From contig OY970309.1 of the NCBI GenBank assembly GCA_963716395.1, positions 896,001 to 960,000 of the forward strand: a DNA stretch of 64,000 nucleotides. The letters run 5' to 3'. Below the pieces are notes generated by a model, which worked only from the letters and a program-made list of their open reading frames with translations, was not told the DNA's origin and ran no database searches. How positions within the stretch are numbered: the first letter of the stretch is position 1; each line of letters starts with the position of its first letter. The translations under genes and the position numbers were made by a program. The stretch is from an uncultured Fibrobacteria bacterium. Its GTDB lineage: Bacteria > Fibrobacterota > Fibrobacteria > UBA11236. Of this stretch, positions 32,385 to 43,275 are shown piece by piece.

Positions 32385-33407
32385 ATGACCGCGCTGAAAC
32401 AACTGCTCGATCCCGCCTACGAGGTGCGGCTCCCGGTTTTCGAAGGGCCGCTCGATCTGCTGTTGTACCTGGTGGAAAAAAACGAACTGCATCCCAAAGA
32501 CATCGCCATTGCCGACATCACCGACCAATACCTCGAATATCTGAATACCCTGGACGCGGCGCACCTGGCCCATGCCGGGGAATTCCTGGTGATGGCGGCA
32601 CGCCTCATGCGCCTGAAGGCGCGCGAGCTCCTGCCCGCGGATCAAAAAGACGAATTGGAAGAGATGGAATATCTGCTCGACCGGCAGGCCCTGATCGCGC
32701 AGATGCTGGAATACCAGAAATTCAAAGAGGCGGCCCGCTCGCTGCGCGCCATCGAGGCGCGGCATTTCGGGGCTTTTCCCCGCGGCTGCGCTGAGGTGGT
32801 GTTCGGCGCAGAAAGCGAAGAGGGCGGCGAGGCCGGCATCTACGATCTGCTCACCGCCTTCCGCGCGGCCTTGGTGCAGGCGCCGCGCATTCCCGTGCAT
32901 GAAGTGGAGATCGACGACGTCACCATCGAAGATCGCATGCAGCACATCGAATCCGAACTCCGGCGCCGGCGGCGCAGCCTCTTTGAAGATCTGTTCGAAG
33001 GCGACCCCCGCCGCATGGCCAAGGTCGTCACCTTCATGGCGATTTTGGAATTGTGCAAGCTCGACCGCATTCATCTGCGGCAGCATCGCGGCCTGGGCGC
33101 GATTTGGGTCTATGCGGCCGTCGCAGCCGAGGAGATGCCGGAGTTGCAAGCGCAAGCCGATGCGGCCGAACTCGACCCCTTGCCCGAATTCCGCACCGGG
33201 CTGGTGGATTGGGTACAGGAGCAAATCCGCCATCGCAAGACCGAGACTTCGTGGGAAAAGGTGATCGCCGATCTGGCTGCGGAGTTGCAACACGATGCAA
33301 CGCCCGATGCCGACGACGCTTTGCCGCCCTCGGGAACGGCGTTGCGGGCCGTGGCGGCGCCGGATGCGGGTTCGGAACCGGTGACCGAAAGCGAGGGCGA
33401 CGCGTGA
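32385..33407 (+). CDS. scpA: segregation and condensation protein A
   Basis: FEGPLDLLLYL, FLVMAARLMRLKARELLP, VTFMAILEL. Confidence 0.93.
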   Translation: MTALKQLLDPAYEVRLPVFEGPLDLLLYLVEKNELHPKDIAIADITDQYLEYLNTLDAAHLAHAGEFLVMAARLMRLKARELLPADQKDELEEMEYLLDRQALIAQMLEYQKFKEAARSLRAIEARHFGAFPRGCAEVVFGAESEEGGEAGIYDLLTAFRAALVQAPRIPVHEVEIDDVTIEDRMQHIESELRRRRRSLFEDLFEGDPRRMAKVVTFMAILELCKLDRIHLRQHRGLGAIWVYAAVAAEEMPELQAQADAAELDPLPEFRTGLVDWVQEQIRHRKTETSWEKVIADLAAELQHDATPDADDALPPSGTALRAVAAPDAGSEPVTESEGDA

Positions 33408-34219
33408 CCGAAAGCCGCGAAACTCCTGAGAGCGAATTCTCCGATGAGGACCCGAAACCCGGCGCCCCGCCCGCCGACAACGGCGATGGGGAAACCCCTC
33501 CGGTCGGCGAAGTCGAGGTTGAAGCCGCATCCGCCGAGGTCGGGGAAGAAGCAGCAGAGGAAGAGGAAAATCCGGTTTGGACCCCGGAACCGGAAAAACT
33601 GTTGTGTGCGCTTTTGTTTGCGGCGCGTGAATACCAAAGCGCGCGGACCTTGCGCGACATTCTTGGCGAAGAGTGGGATACACCCCGGCTGCGGCGCCTG
33701 TTGAATTCGGTGAACCAAATGCTGGCCGATGCCGATTTGCCTTTCGAAGCCATCGAGGCCGAAGGCACCTTTCGCCTGCGCACGTCGCCGAAATATTTTC
33801 CCTGGGTGCGCAAGCTGTTCAAAGAACCTCCCCCGCGCCGGCTGTCGCAGGCCGCGCTGGAAACCCTGGCCATCGTGGCGTATAAGCAGCCCATCACCAA
33901 GGCCGAAATCGAATCCATCCGCGGTGTGCATGTCGACGGCAGTTTGAAAACCTTGCTCGACAAGAAACTGATCGACATCGGCCGCCGCTCCGACGCCATG
34001 GGCAACGCCTTCACCTACCGCACCACCCGCGAGTTCTTGCGGTACTTCGGCATCAACCGCATCCCCGACGACCTGCCGCGGCTTTCCGACTTCGAAGGCA
34101 TTCTCAATGCGCAAACGCTCTTGCCGCAAATCGGCCCGGGCGGCGAAGTGCGCTCCCTGACCCAACCCGAACCCGACTCCGAGCAAATGTCGCTGGGCGT
34201 CGAATCCGGCCCGGCTTAA
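33404..34219 (+). CDS. scpB: segregation and condensation protein B
   Basis: LSQAALETLAIVAYKQPITKAEIESIRGV; GTG start overlapping scpA stop. Confidence 0.93.
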   Translation: MTESRETPESEFSDEDPKPGAPPADNGDGETPPVGEVEVEAASAEVGEEAAEEEENPVWTPEPEKLLCALLFAAREYQSARTLRDILGEEWDTPRLRRLLNSVNQMLADADLPFEAIEAEGTFRLRTSPKYFPWVRKLFKEPPPRRLSQAALETLAIVAYKQPITKAEIESIRGVHVDGSLKTLLDKKLIDIGRRSDAMGNAFTYRTTREFLRYFGINRIPDDLPRLSDFEGILNAQTLLPQIGPGGEVRSLTQPEPDSEQMSLGVESGPA

Positions 34220-34293
34220 TCAAGCCCATTAAAATCCCATTTTCCTGAATCCGAAATTCCCGCTTTCGGGTTAACGCTGGTTCTGCCTAGGGC

Positions 34294-34347
34294 TTGACAC
34301 TGGGCCATTACATTTTTTATTATTAAACATATAGGATTAGTATGATA
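34294..34347 (+). promoter_or_regulatory. sigma70 promoter with downstream putative Rrf2 autoregulatory box
   Basis: TTGACA 34294, TATTAT 34318, box 34326-34347. Confidence 0.6.
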
Positions 34348-34799
34348 TGATTTCGATGCGCACGAAATATGCTTTGAAAGCCCTGATTTATTTGGCCAAA
34401 GCCGGCGACGGCCCGGTACTGATCGGCGACATCGCCGCCCGCCAGAAACTGCCGCGCAAATTTTTGGAGCAAATCCTGGTGGAGCTGAAGAACCTGCGCA
34501 TCGTGAAAAGCCGCCGCGGGAAAACCGGCGGCTACGCCTTGGCCAAGGATCCGCGCCGCATTCGCGTGGGCGACATCGTGCGCGCCTTCAACGGCCCGCT
34601 GGCCTTGGTGCCTTGCGTCAGCGTGACGGCCTTTGAGAAATGCCCGGAATGCGTCGACTTTCAAAACTGCGGTATCCGGCGCGTCATGAAAAAAGTCCGC
34701 GACGTAACTTCGGAGATACTGGACGGCACCTCGCTGGCGGCCCTGGCGGTCATGGAGGAGTCGGAAAGCGACGAGCAGGCGCTGATGTTCGCCATCTGA
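34347..34799 (+). CDS. Rrf2-family transcriptional regulator (sulfur, CymR-like role)
   Basis: YALKALIYLA, FLEQIL, SRRGKTGGYAL, C-terminal Cys cluster. Confidence 0.92.
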   Translation: MISMRTKYALKALIYLAKAGDGPVLIGDIAARQKLPRKFLEQILVELKNLRIVKSRRGKTGGYALAKDPRRIRVGDIVRAFNGPLALVPCVSVTAFEKCPECVDFQNCGIRRVMKKVRDVTSEILDGTSLAALAVMEESESDEQALMFAI

Positions 34800-34836
34800 C
34801 CGTTAGGATCACCACTCTTTCCATCCCTTGGGCACC

Positions 34837-35880
34837 ATGAAACTCAACCATCGGACTTTCGCCTCTTTCCTGCGGTCGACCGGCCGGAAAAAACGCGCGG
34901 TTTTGGCCCTGCTCCTGACCGTCGGGCCCGCCGCAGCCGGAAGCGTTCGCCTGCTGAACGTCTCGTACGACCCCACCGCCGAGTTGTACCAGGATTACAA
35001 CTCCGTGTTCGCCAAGCATTGGCAAGACTCGACCGGCCAGAACGTGATCATCGCCCAATCCCACGGCGGCTCGGGCAAACAGGCACGCGCCGTCATCGAC
35101 GGACTCGACGCCGACGTCGTCACCTTGGCGTTGGCCTATGACATCGACGCCATCGCCGACAAAGCGCAGCTTCTCCCCAAAAACTGGCAAAGCCTGCTCC
35201 CGGACCACAGCGCACCGTACACCTCGACCATCGTGTTCTTGGTGCGCAAGGGCAATCCCAAACACATCCGCAACTGGGACGATCTTGTGAAACCAGGCGT
35301 GTCGGTGATCACGCCCAATCCCAAAACCTCAGGCGGCGCACGCTGGGCCTATTTGGCGGCTTGGGGGTATGCCCTACGCCAAAACCACAACGATTCCGCC
35401 CGGGCGCGGGCATTCGTGGCCAAACTGTATCACAACGTGCCGGTGCTCGACGCCGGCGCGCGCGGATCGACCACCACCTTTGTGCAACGCGGCCTCGGCG
35501 ACGTGTTGTTGTCCTGGGAAAACGAAGCGTTGCTGGCGGTGCATAAGCTGGGGCCGGATCGGGTAGACGTGGTGGTTCCGCCCATCAGCATTCTGGCCGA
35601 ACCGCCCGTCGCCGTGGTGCAGCGCGTGGCCGAAAAACACGGTACCTTGCCCATGGCGCACGCCTATCTGGCCTATTTGTATTCCGACGCGGGGCAGGAA
35701 GTCGCGGCCCGCAACTTCTATCGCCCGCGCAATTTGGCCGTCGCCGCCAAATACGCCGCGCAATTCCCGCCGCTCAAGCTGTTCACCATCGACTCCGTAT
35801 TCGGCGGGTGGCCCAAGGCCCAGAAAACCCATTTCGCCGACGGCGGCGTCTTTGATCAAATCGAAAAGGAAAGTCGATAA
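34837..35880 (+). CDS. sbp: sulfate ABC transporter substrate-binding protein
   Basis: [39 protein letters not shown]. Confidence 0.95.
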   Translation: MKLNHRTFASFLRSTGRKKRAVLALLLTVGPAAAGSVRLLNVSYDPTAELYQDYNSVFAKHWQDSTGQNVIIAQSHGGSGKQARAVIDGLDADVVTLALAYDIDAIADKAQLLPKNWQSLLPDHSAPYTSTIVFLVRKGNPKHIRNWDDLVKPGVSVITPNPKTSGGARWAYLAAWGYALRQNHNDSARARAFVAKLYHNVPVLDAGARGSTTTFVQRGLGDVLLSWENEALLAVHKLGPDRVDVVVPPISILAEPPVAVVQRVAEKHGTLPMAHAYLAYLYSDAGQEVAARNFYRPRNLAVAAKYAAQFPPLKLFTIDSVFGGWPKAQKTHFADGGVFDQIEKESR

Positions 35881-35881
35881 C

Positions 35882-36757
35882 ATGGGCGCGACGACGGCTG
35901 CGGCAACCTCGGAGGATGAAATTGTTTCGAGACGTAAGTCACATTCGATTCTTCCCGGTTTCGGCCTGACCTTGGGATTCACCGTGCTGTATCTGAGTCT
36001 CATCGTATTGATTCCGCTGGCGGCCGCCTTTTTCCAGGCCGCGCATTTGACCTGGCCGCAATTCCGCGCTCTGTTCACGGATCGCGAAGTGCTGGCTGCC
36101 TTCCGTCTCACCTTCTCCGCGGCGGCCATAGCCGCTTTGGTCAACACCGTGTTCGGGTTGCTTACGGCCTGGGTGCTGGTGCGCTACCGCTTTCCCGGTC
36201 GGGCCCTGCTCGACGCCATGGTCGATCTTCCCTTCGCCTTGCCCACGGCCGTGGCCGGCATTGCGCTCACCGAGATCTATGCGCCCACGGGCTGGATCGG
36301 CGCCCTGCTGGTGCGCTTTGGCGTGCAGGTGGCGTACACGCCTTTGGGCGTGGGCGTGGCCCTGACCTTTGTCGGCCTTCCCTTTGTCGTGCGCACCTTG
36401 CAGCCCGTGCTCGAAGATCTCGATCGCGAAACTGAAGAGGCCGCGGCTTCGCTCGGGGCCGACCGCCGGCAGACCTTCGTCCACGTCATCCTTCCGGCCC
36501 TGCTGCCGTCGCTGTTTACGGGCGCGTCGCTGGCCTTCGCCCGCGTGCTCGGCGAATACGGCTCGGTGATTTTCATTTCCGGCAACATGCCGATGAAAAC
36601 CGAAATCGTGCCGCTGCTCATCGTCAACGAACTCGGCCAGTTCAATTACCCCGCGGCCACCGCCCTCGCCGCGGCCATGCTGGTGCTGTCCTTCGCGCTG
36701 CTTCTGGGCATCAACCTGCTGCAAAAATGGGTGGGCGGTCGGGAGCCGGTGCGATGA
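35882..36757 (+). CDS. cysT: sulfate ABC permease
   Basis: [38 protein letters not shown]. Confidence 0.94.
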   Translation: MGATTAAATSEDEIVSRRKSHSILPGFGLTLGFTVLYLSLIVLIPLAAAFFQAAHLTWPQFRALFTDREVLAAFRLTFSAAAIAALVNTVFGLLTAWVLVRYRFPGRALLDAMVDLPFALPTAVAGIALTEIYAPTGWIGALLVRFGVQVAYTPLGVGVALTFVGLPFVVRTLQPVLEDLDRETEEAAASLGADRRQTFVHVILPALLPSLFTGASLAFARVLGEYGSVIFISGNMPMKTEIVPLLIVNELGQFNYPAATALAAAMLVLSFALLLGINLLQKWVGGREPVR

Positions 36758-37644
36758 AACCGGCCAACCCCGCGGGCATTTCCCGCGCCGCCGTCACCGA
36801 ACCGCGTTGGTTCCGGGCCGTATTGATTGCCGGTGCCGTCGGCTACTTGTTTTTCCTGCTGTTTCTTCCCCTGGCGGCGGTGTTCGCCAATGCCTTGGAT
36901 CACGGACTCAAAGCGTATTTCCATGCCTTCGCCGATCCCGACACGATCTTTTCCATCCAACTCACCCTGTGCCTCGCCGCCATGGCCGTGCCGCTCAATC
37001 TCACCTTCGGAGTGGCCGCGGCCTGGGCCATCGCCAAATTCGAATTCCCCGGGAAAAAAATCCTGACCGCGCTCATCGATTTGCCCTTTGCCGTGTCGCC
37101 CGTGGTGGCGGGATTGGTTTACGTGCTCGTCTTCGGCCATCAAGGCTGGCTCGGCCCCTGGCTCGAAGCCCGCCACATCACCATCATTTTCGCCGTGCCC
37201 GGCATGGTGCTGGCGACCCTGTTCGTCACCTTTCCCATGGTGGCGCGCGAGTTGATTCCGCTCATGCAGGAACAGGGATCGCAGGAGGAAGAGGCGGCCC
37301 TGACCCTGGGCGCCAACGGTTGGCAAACCTTCTGGCACGTGACCTTGCCCAACATCAAATGGGGCGTGATTTACGGCGTCATTCTCTGCAACGCCCGCGC
37401 CATGGGGGAATTCGGGGCGGTGTCGGTGGTATCGGGCCATATCCGCGGCGCTACCACCACTCTGCCGCTGCAAATCGAAATTCTCTACAACGATTTCAAC
37501 TATACCCAGGCCTTTGCGGCCGCCTCGCTCCTCTGCTTTCTGGGGCTGGTGACCTTGGCGATCAAAACCTGGGTGGAACGGAAAGGCCGAAAAGCCGCCG
37601 CCGCCTCCGCGGCCGCGGGCGTCGAAACCGGAGGTTCGGCATGA
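36754..37644 (+). CDS. cysW: sulfate ABC permease
   Basis: [32 protein letters not shown]. Confidence 0.94.
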   Translation: MKPANPAGISRAAVTEPRWFRAVLIAGAVGYLFFLLFLPLAAVFANALDHGLKAYFHAFADPDTIFSIQLTLCLAAMAVPLNLTFGVAAAWAIAKFEFPGKKILTALIDLPFAVSPVVAGLVYVLVFGHQGWLGPWLEARHITIIFAVPGMVLATLFVTFPMVARELIPLMQEQGSQEEEAALTLGANGWQTFWHVTLPNIKWGVIYGVILCNARAMGEFGAVSVVSGHIRGATTTLPLQIEILYNDFNYTQAFAAASLLCFLGLVTLAIKTWVERKGRKAAAASAAAGVETGGSA

Positions 37645-38132
37645 AGGCGCTTCTACAACCCTGGCCCTGGTATGTAAGCGGGCCGCTGATCGGACTCGCC
37701 GTACCATTGCTGTTACTGCTCACGGGCAAGCCGCTCGGCATTTCCAGCAACCTGCGTCATCTCGTTTGCCTGGCCCTGCCCAAAACCAAAATCGCTTTTT
37801 TCGCGCACAACCGCTGGCGCGCCGAATTCTGGAACGTATTGTTCGCGCTGGGCCTTATGCTGGGCGGATTTGCCGCGGCCCATTTCTTATCGGCCGCGCC
37901 GGCCCCTTTGTTTCCCGCCTCGTACCACAGCCTGCGCGGCGCCGTGATTCTTTTGGCCGGAGGCTTTCTCGTGGGATTCGGCACGCGCTACGGCAACGGC
38001 TGCACCTCGGGCCATGCCATCACCGGGCTTTCCAATTTATCCATCACCAGCTTGTACGCCACGCTGTCGTTTTTCGGCGGCGGCCTGACCGCCGCCGGCG
38101 CGCTCAAGCTATGGCAACACTTTCTTCCTTGA
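37641..38132 (+). CDS. YeeE/YedE sulfur-compound transporter (half)
   Basis: [29 protein letters not shown]; ATGA overlap with cysW. Confidence 0.88.
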   Translation: MKALLQPWPWYVSGPLIGLAVPLLLLLTGKPLGISSNLRHLVCLALPKTKIAFFAHNRWRAEFWNVLFALGLMLGGFAAAHFLSAAPAPLFPASYHSLRGAVILLAGGFLVGFGTRYGNGCTSGHAITGLSNLSITSLYATLSFFGGGLTAAGALKLWQHFLP

Positions 38133-38139
38133 GGCCGAC

Positions 38140-38640
38140 ATGAACTCCGCAGCCCAATACAAGCCTTCGGAAAAAAACGCCCCGCTTCCGCCGCCCAATT
38201 CCGTCGCGGCCGATCGCGTCGGCAGACCGCGGCAACTTTTCTTCGGTCTGTTGATGGGCGTTTACTTCGGTATCGTCCTGACCAAGAGTCAGGTCATTTC
38301 CTGGTTCAAAATCCGGAACATGTTTTATTTCCGCGAGCCGGATCTGTATCTCATCATCGGGTCGGCCGTGGCCGTGGGCGCGCTGTCGGTATTTTTGCTC
38401 AGGCGCTTCGGCGCCAAAAACCTCGCGGGTGAACCCATCGATCTTCCGAAAAAACCTTATTCCCAAGGTCTGTTTTTCGGGGGCGCAATTTTCGGAATCG
38501 GCTGGTTTGTCACCGGCACCTGCCCCGGCCCGATTTTCACCCAAATCGGCAGCGGGGAATATTTCGCGTTTTTCACCTTGGCTGGCGCCTTGCTCGGCAC
38601 CTATGGATACGGGGCGATGCAGAAACGCCTGCCGCATTGA
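38140..38640 (+). CDS. YeeE/YedE sulfur-compound transporter (second half)
   Basis: GGAIFGIGWFVTGTCPGP. Confidence 0.85.
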   Translation: MNSAAQYKPSEKNAPLPPPNSVAADRVGRPRQLFFGLLMGVYFGIVLTKSQVISWFKIRNMFYFREPDLYLIIGSAVAVGALSVFLLRRFGAKNLAGEPIDLPKKPYSQGLFFGGAIFGIGWFVTGTCPGPIFTQIGSGEYFAFFTLAGALLGTYGYGAMQKRLPH

Positions 38641-38686
38641 CGCATTTTGTATTCATAAAACATCACGATCCCAAAAGGAGGAAACC

Positions 38687-39322
38687 ATGTCACTGCAACT
38701 CGGATCCGCCGCCCCGGATTTCACCCAGGAATCCAGCCAGGGGCCGATACATTTCTACGACTACATCGACGGGCATTGGGCTCTGCTGTTCTCGCATCCC
38801 GCTGATTTCACGCCCGTCTGCACCACGGAATTGGGTGTAACCGCCAAGCTCAAAGACGAGTTCAAAAAGCGCGGCGTCAAGGTGCTGGCGCTGTCGGTCG
38901 ATTCGGTCGAATCGCATCGGGGATGGATTCCCGACATCGACGAAACCCAGCACACGCACGTCGATTTTCCCATTCTGGCCGACGGCGACAAGAAGGTGGC
39001 GACCTTGTACGATATGTTCCACCCTCTGGCCAACGACAAGTTCACGGTGCGTTCGGTGTTCTTCATCGACCCGAACAAGAAAATCCGTGCCACCATCACC
39101 TACCCGGCTTCAACCGGCCGCAATTTCGACGAAATCCTGCGCGTGATCGATTCGTTGCAGCTCACCGACAACTACAAAGTCGCGACGCCGGTGAACTGGA
39201 AAAAGGGCGAAGACGTGGTCATTTCCCCGGCCCTGCAGGACCCCGAAGATTTGAAAAAGCGGTTTCCCAAGGGCTACAAGGTGATCAAACCGTATTTGCG
39301 CACGACCCCGCAGCCGGGCTAG
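38687..39322 (+). CDS. 1-Cys peroxiredoxin (Prx6 type)
   Basis: FSHPADFTPVCTTE, GRNFDEILRVIDSLQ; RBS AGGAGG. Confidence 0.93.
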   Translation: MSLQLGSAAPDFTQESSQGPIHFYDYIDGHWALLFSHPADFTPVCTTELGVTAKLKDEFKKRGVKVLALSVDSVESHRGWIPDIDETQHTHVDFPILADGDKKVATLYDMFHPLANDKFTVRSVFFIDPNKKIRATITYPASTGRNFDEILRVIDSLQLTDNYKVATPVNWKKGEDVVISPALQDPEDLKKRFPKGYKVIKPYLRTTPQPG

Positions 39323-39348
39323 TAACGCGCGCGTGACCCTGCCTTCCG

Positions 39349-40152
39349 TCACAAAAGCCCCGCGGTGTCCGCGGGGCTTTTATTTTCGGCCGATTGCAGA
39401 CGGCGAGCAAGGAACGTCGCCAGGCTTTCCAAGGCACGGTATGCGCCGCGGCGCGAGACCACGGGGTTCAAAGCGCGCAGGCCCAGACGCAAAAAGGGCG
39501 GCGAGGCGCGCAGGCAAAAATGCACGGAAACCAACTCTCCGCCGAATTGCTCTTTGAAAAAATTGATGGCCGCATCCTTGCTCCCGGCCCGGGCGCCGGG
39601 CACGTACCCGCCGAGGTCGAAGCGCCCGCATCCCAGCACCTGGGCGCGACGCATGGCCGCAAAAAGCAAAGCCGCGTTGGCCTGGCTTTTGGCGACGGCC
39701 ACACTATAGCGGTAACGGTACAGACCCGCTTGGGGAAAAGGCAGAAAGGCGCAGCCATGCAGTAACTTGCCGGTTGCGTCGCGCGCGAGAAACACCTCCA
39801 GCACCTGCTGTTCGTCGGGGCCGGGAATGGAGAGGCCCGTGCCGCGGGCAAAATCCCGCTGGGCGTCGAAAAAGACGCGGCGCTCGCCTGCGTTGATGGC
39901 CTGCGTCAGCACGCAATGCCTTTCCGCATGCCGGATCGAGGCGCGCGTGCGCGGGGAAAAACGCGCGATCCAATCGTCTGCGTGGCCGGAAAGCGGCACC
40001 ATCCAGGTGGCCTCGGGCACGCGGCAGTCATAACGCGCCGGAGGCTCCAACGCGCGCAGGGCCACCACCGGCGCCGGCGACGCCGCATATCCCGGTGCGT
40101 TGAACCAGAATTCTTCGCAGCGGATTCCGAACCAGTTCCGTTCCAGCTTCAT
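39349..40152 (-). CDS. FemAB/GNAT-like protein
   Basis: FSPRTRASIR, NAALLFAAM, FDLGG, NFFKEQFGG. Confidence 0.7.
   Translation of the reverse strand: MKLERNWFGIRCEEFWFNAPGYAASPAPVVALRALEPPARYDCRVPEATWMVPLSGHADDWIARFSPRTRASIRHAERHCVLTQAINAGERRVFFDAQRDFARGTGLSIPGPDEQQVLEVFLARDATGKLLHGCAFLPFPQAGLYRYRYSVAVAKSQANAALLFAAMRRAQVLGCGRFDLGGYVPGARAGSKDAAINFFKEQFGGELVSVHFCLRASPPFLRLGLRALNPVVSRRGAYRALESLATFLARRLQSAENKSPADTAGLL
39353..39381. terminator. bidirectional intrinsic terminator
   Basis: AAAAGCCCCGCGG-tgt-CCGCGGGGCTTTT. Confidence 0.88.
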
Positions 40153-40203
40153 CGTTTGGCTATAATCCCGGAATGCCTTCGACATCATACCGATTCCAAC
40201 GCG

Positions 40204-43200
40204 ATGCGGCCATTGCCCCCTGAATCCCAGCATCGGACCGCGGCGGGCCTGACGCGCCGTTCGCGATGGGAGTGGGCGGCTTTGCTGCTGCCGTTGCTTG
40301 CGTCCGCGCATTTTCTGCGGCTGCGCACGCAGGCCGCCGGCTTCCCCAGCGGTGACGAAGGCTCGTGGATGGCCGTGGCCGCGCAAGTCGCGCAGGGCCA
40401 CGGATTCACCACGCTGTGGCTCGAACACCATTGGCTGCGGCCGTATGCTTTGCCGCGTCCCGACGACTTTCGCTTTCCCGGCTTGACCTTACTTTTGGCC
40501 GCGGCCTTCCGCTTGTTTGGCACTTCTTACACCTGCGCCCTGGCAGTGACCTCGGCGATCTTTCTTCTGTTCGTGGCAGCCGTGTTCGCGGTGTTGCGCC
40601 GTCCCCTGGGCTTTTGGCCGGCTTTCGCCGCGGCCCTGCTCACCGCTTGTTCGCCTTTGCAATTGCATTGGAATGCGGGGATTTACACCGAAGGCCTGTT
40701 TGGACTGGGGTTGGCCTTGTTCCTGCGCGCCGCCGACGGCGGCCCGGAGCAAAGGCGCCATTTATCCTGGTGGATGGCGCTGGGGGGAGCGACGGGCCTG
40801 CTCTATCTCGTGCGGCCCAACGGACTGTTGCTTTTCGCCGGCGTGCTGTGGCAATTCGCCCGCGATCGAAAAGCCATGCGGCTGGGCTGGAACCGCTTGG
40901 GGGCGGCGGGTGTGACCTGTCTGGCGGTGGCTTCACCCTGGCTGATCCGCACCGCGGTTTGGTTCGGCAACCCCTTCCACGTCGCGGGTTCGGCGGGATT
41001 GCTGCGCGATCAGGCCGATCAACCGCATACGCTGAACCTGGTCCAATATCTCGCCGGCCATGCCGCCGACTTTCTCGTGGTGCGCACCGGAGTCGGAGTC
41101 TACCGCTTTTTCCGCGTCCTGCATTTTTTCGACCATGGCCTGGAAATCGTGCCGCTCCTCGGCCTGTTCCTCGGTCTAATTCTGGGCCTGGCCCTTCCGG
41201 CCCTGCGCCGCCGCATCGTCCCCTCCGCCGTGGCCGCCGGGTTCGCCGTGTCGTTCGCGGCCTGCGCCTATGCGGCCTGGGGATCCTGGGCCGGCGTGCG
41301 GTATTTCAGCGGTTACCTCCCCTTCGTCTACGGTTGGGGCGTGTTCTACGCTTTGCGTTTCGTCGACCTTCTAACACGCGAGCGCGCCGCGGCGTTTTGG
41401 CTGCGCGCCGCCTGCGTCGCCGCCTTGCTGCTGCCCGTCGTCAATCCGCATCGCTTCTACGAACGCCATTACCGCGGAATGCCGGGCGCGGCCCCGGCCG
41501 TCGCGGCGCATCTGGCCGCTTTACGTCGCCTGCTGCCGCCGCAGGGTCTGTACTACGCCAAAAGCCTATGTCAAATGAACTTTGCCGCCAACCGTCGCTG
41601 CGTGGGCCTGCAGGAGTTGTATGACACCGCGTGGTTCGCCCGCAGCGAACGGGTATTTCACCCGCGCCTCATCGCCTTGCGCCGGGGTGAAGACGGCACG
41701 GCCGATGTGCGCACGGCCCTCGGCCGCTATCGCGCCGCAGGTTTTTCCTGGGACACGGCGGCGGCGCTCGATTCCACTTTTTATTTGCGCTTGATCCCCC
41801 GATCCACCCGCCGTCTGCAGCGACGTACCCCTGAAAACGCCGGTCGCGCGGTCATCGCTTTGGGGCGCCGACGGCAGGTTCCGCTAGTCCCGGCAGCCGA
41901 TCAGCCAGGCGATGGGAAAGTCTTGTGTGACGGCCTGCATATCCAAACCCCTTCCCCCAACCCCGCTCTGGACTTCGAACACCGTCCCGGTGAAAAGGTT
42001 GCTCCAGCGCGGGGGCGACAGGGAAGGCGGAAGCAGGATCCGGTCGGATTCCGGATCCCCGGTGGGGAGCCAGTGGGGATAGGGTTCGCCCTGAGAGGGA
42101 CCCAAGACCCGCGTCACGGCGATGAGGAACTCTTCGCCGCGAGCGCGGCCGAAGGCCAGCCACGGCGCCTTGGCCACGCCAGCCGAGGTCAAGGGAAGGT
42201 ACGCGCCGCGCAGGAACAAATCCGGAAACCGCTGACGCCAGCGCAAGCAACGGGCCAAGGCATAGAACTTGACGGCTCCGCTCGGCCATTGGGAGAGCAG
42301 TGCCAGCGTTTTTTCGCGGCGATCCGAAATCGGGTCCTCCGGCTGCAGCAGGGCTTCCAGCGAAGACCCGCGAGCCCGCCGGGCCTCGAAGTCGACCGGC
42401 CGGCGGTTATCCGGGTCGACGAGGGACAAATCCCAATTCTCCGTGCCTTGATAGATATCGGGAACTCCCGGCAGGGCGCATTTGATCGCCACCTGGCCCA
42501 GCGATCGCAGTACTCCCAGCCTCGCGACGGTACTCACAAACGGAAAAAACGCGGCGGTGAAGCGCTCTCTTCCCCGTCCGAACAAGAGCCCTTCCAGATG
42601 TTGCCGCAGGGCATTTTCATACTCGGCGTTGGGATTGATCCAACTGGTATGCGTCTTGGCTTCGCGGGCGGCTTTGACCAGGAATGCGAGCACGCGCCCG
42701 GAAAAGTCCGCCTCGGGTTCCCGCGGCGCTCCCGACGCCTCCATGGGCCAGCAGCCCACCAGCGATTGCAGCAGGATGTATTCATCCTCTTTGGAAATGC
42801 GCACGGCGCTTTTCACCCGCGCCGGGAGCCAGGGCGAAAAGCGCGCGAGCCGGCTCACCATCCGTTTCCATTCATGCGGCATTTCCGCCACGACGTTCAG
42901 GCGCGCCCGGGCGTCTTCTCCGCGTTTGGTGTCATGGGTCGCCGAAGCGATCAGGCCGAAAGGAAAATGGCGTTGGCGGGAGAGGATCTGGGCGTGAAAG
43001 GCTCCCGCGTCCGGACCGGTGGAATCGGGATCTCCGCCGACTTCGTTCCGGGAAAGCAAGACGGCGCGGCGGTAGAAAGCTGTGTCTTCCACGCCTTTGG
43101 CCTGCACGGGCGAAGTCAATTGCTGGAATTTATTCGCGAAGGCGAGACGGGCCGCTTGGGGAATGGAGGCCCCCGGCGCATGCGCAGGCAACGGCTCGAA

Positions 43201-43275
43201 CGGCAGGAGAACGGCGCGCAAAAAAGTGAAGATGGAATCGTCCATGGCGGGGTTGGCCTGGGCGGCCGACTGTAA
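40204..43275 (+). CDS. ArnT/PMT (GT-C) membrane glycosyltransferase; plausible protein ends about 41800-41880 but the frame stays open to 43275
   Basis: GDEGSW, many TM segments, YTEGLF, LVRPNG; the C-terminal extension is antisense to treY. Confidence 0.6.
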   Translation: MRPLPPESQHRTAAGLTRRSRWEWAALLLPLLASAHFLRLRTQAAGFPSGDEGSWMAVAAQVAQGHGFTTLWLEHHWLRPYALPRPDDFRFPGLTLLLAAAFRLFGTSYTCALAVTSAIFLLFVAAVFAVLRRPLGFWPAFAAALLTACSPLQLHWNAGIYTEGLFGLGLALFLRAADGGPEQRRHLSWWMALGGATGLLYLVRPNGLLLFAGVLWQFARDRKAMRLGWNRLGAAGVTCLAVASPWLIRTAVWFGNPFHVAGSAGLLRDQADQPHTLNLVQYLAGHAADFLVVRTGVGVYRFFRVLHFFDHGLEIVPLLGLFLGLILGLALPALRRRIVPSAVAAGFAVSFAACAYAAWGSWAGVRYFSGYLPFVYGWGVFYALRFVDLLTRERAAAFWLRAACVAALLLPVVNPHRFYERHYRGMPGAAPAVAAHLAALRRLLPPQGLYYAKSLCQMNFAANRRCVGLQELYDTAWFARSERVFHPRLIALRRGEDGTADVRTALGRYRAAGFSWDTAAALDSTFYLRLIPRSTRRLQRRTPENAGRAVIALGRRRQVPLVPAADQPGDGKVLCDGLHIQTPSPNPALDFEHRPGEKVAPARGRQGRRKQDPVGFRIPGGEPVGIGFALRGTQDPRHGDEELFAASAAEGQPRRLGHASRGQGKVRAAQEQIRKPLTPAQATGQGIELDGSARPLGEQCQRFFAAIRNRVLRLQQGFQRRPASPPGLEVDRPAVIRVDEGQIPILRALIDIGNSRQGAFDRHLAQRSQYSQPRDGTHKRKKRGGEALSSPSEQEPFQMLPQGIFILGVGIDPTGMRLGFAGGFDQECEHAPGKVRLGFPRRSRRLHGPAAHQRLQQDVFILFGNAHGAFHPRREPGRKAREPAHHPFPFMRHFRHDVQARPGVFSAFGVMGRRSDQAERKMALAGEDLGVKGSRVRTGGIGISADFVPGKQDGAAVESCVFHAFGLHGRSQLLEFIREGETGRLGNGGPRRMRRQRLERQENGAQKSEDGIVHGGVGLGGRL

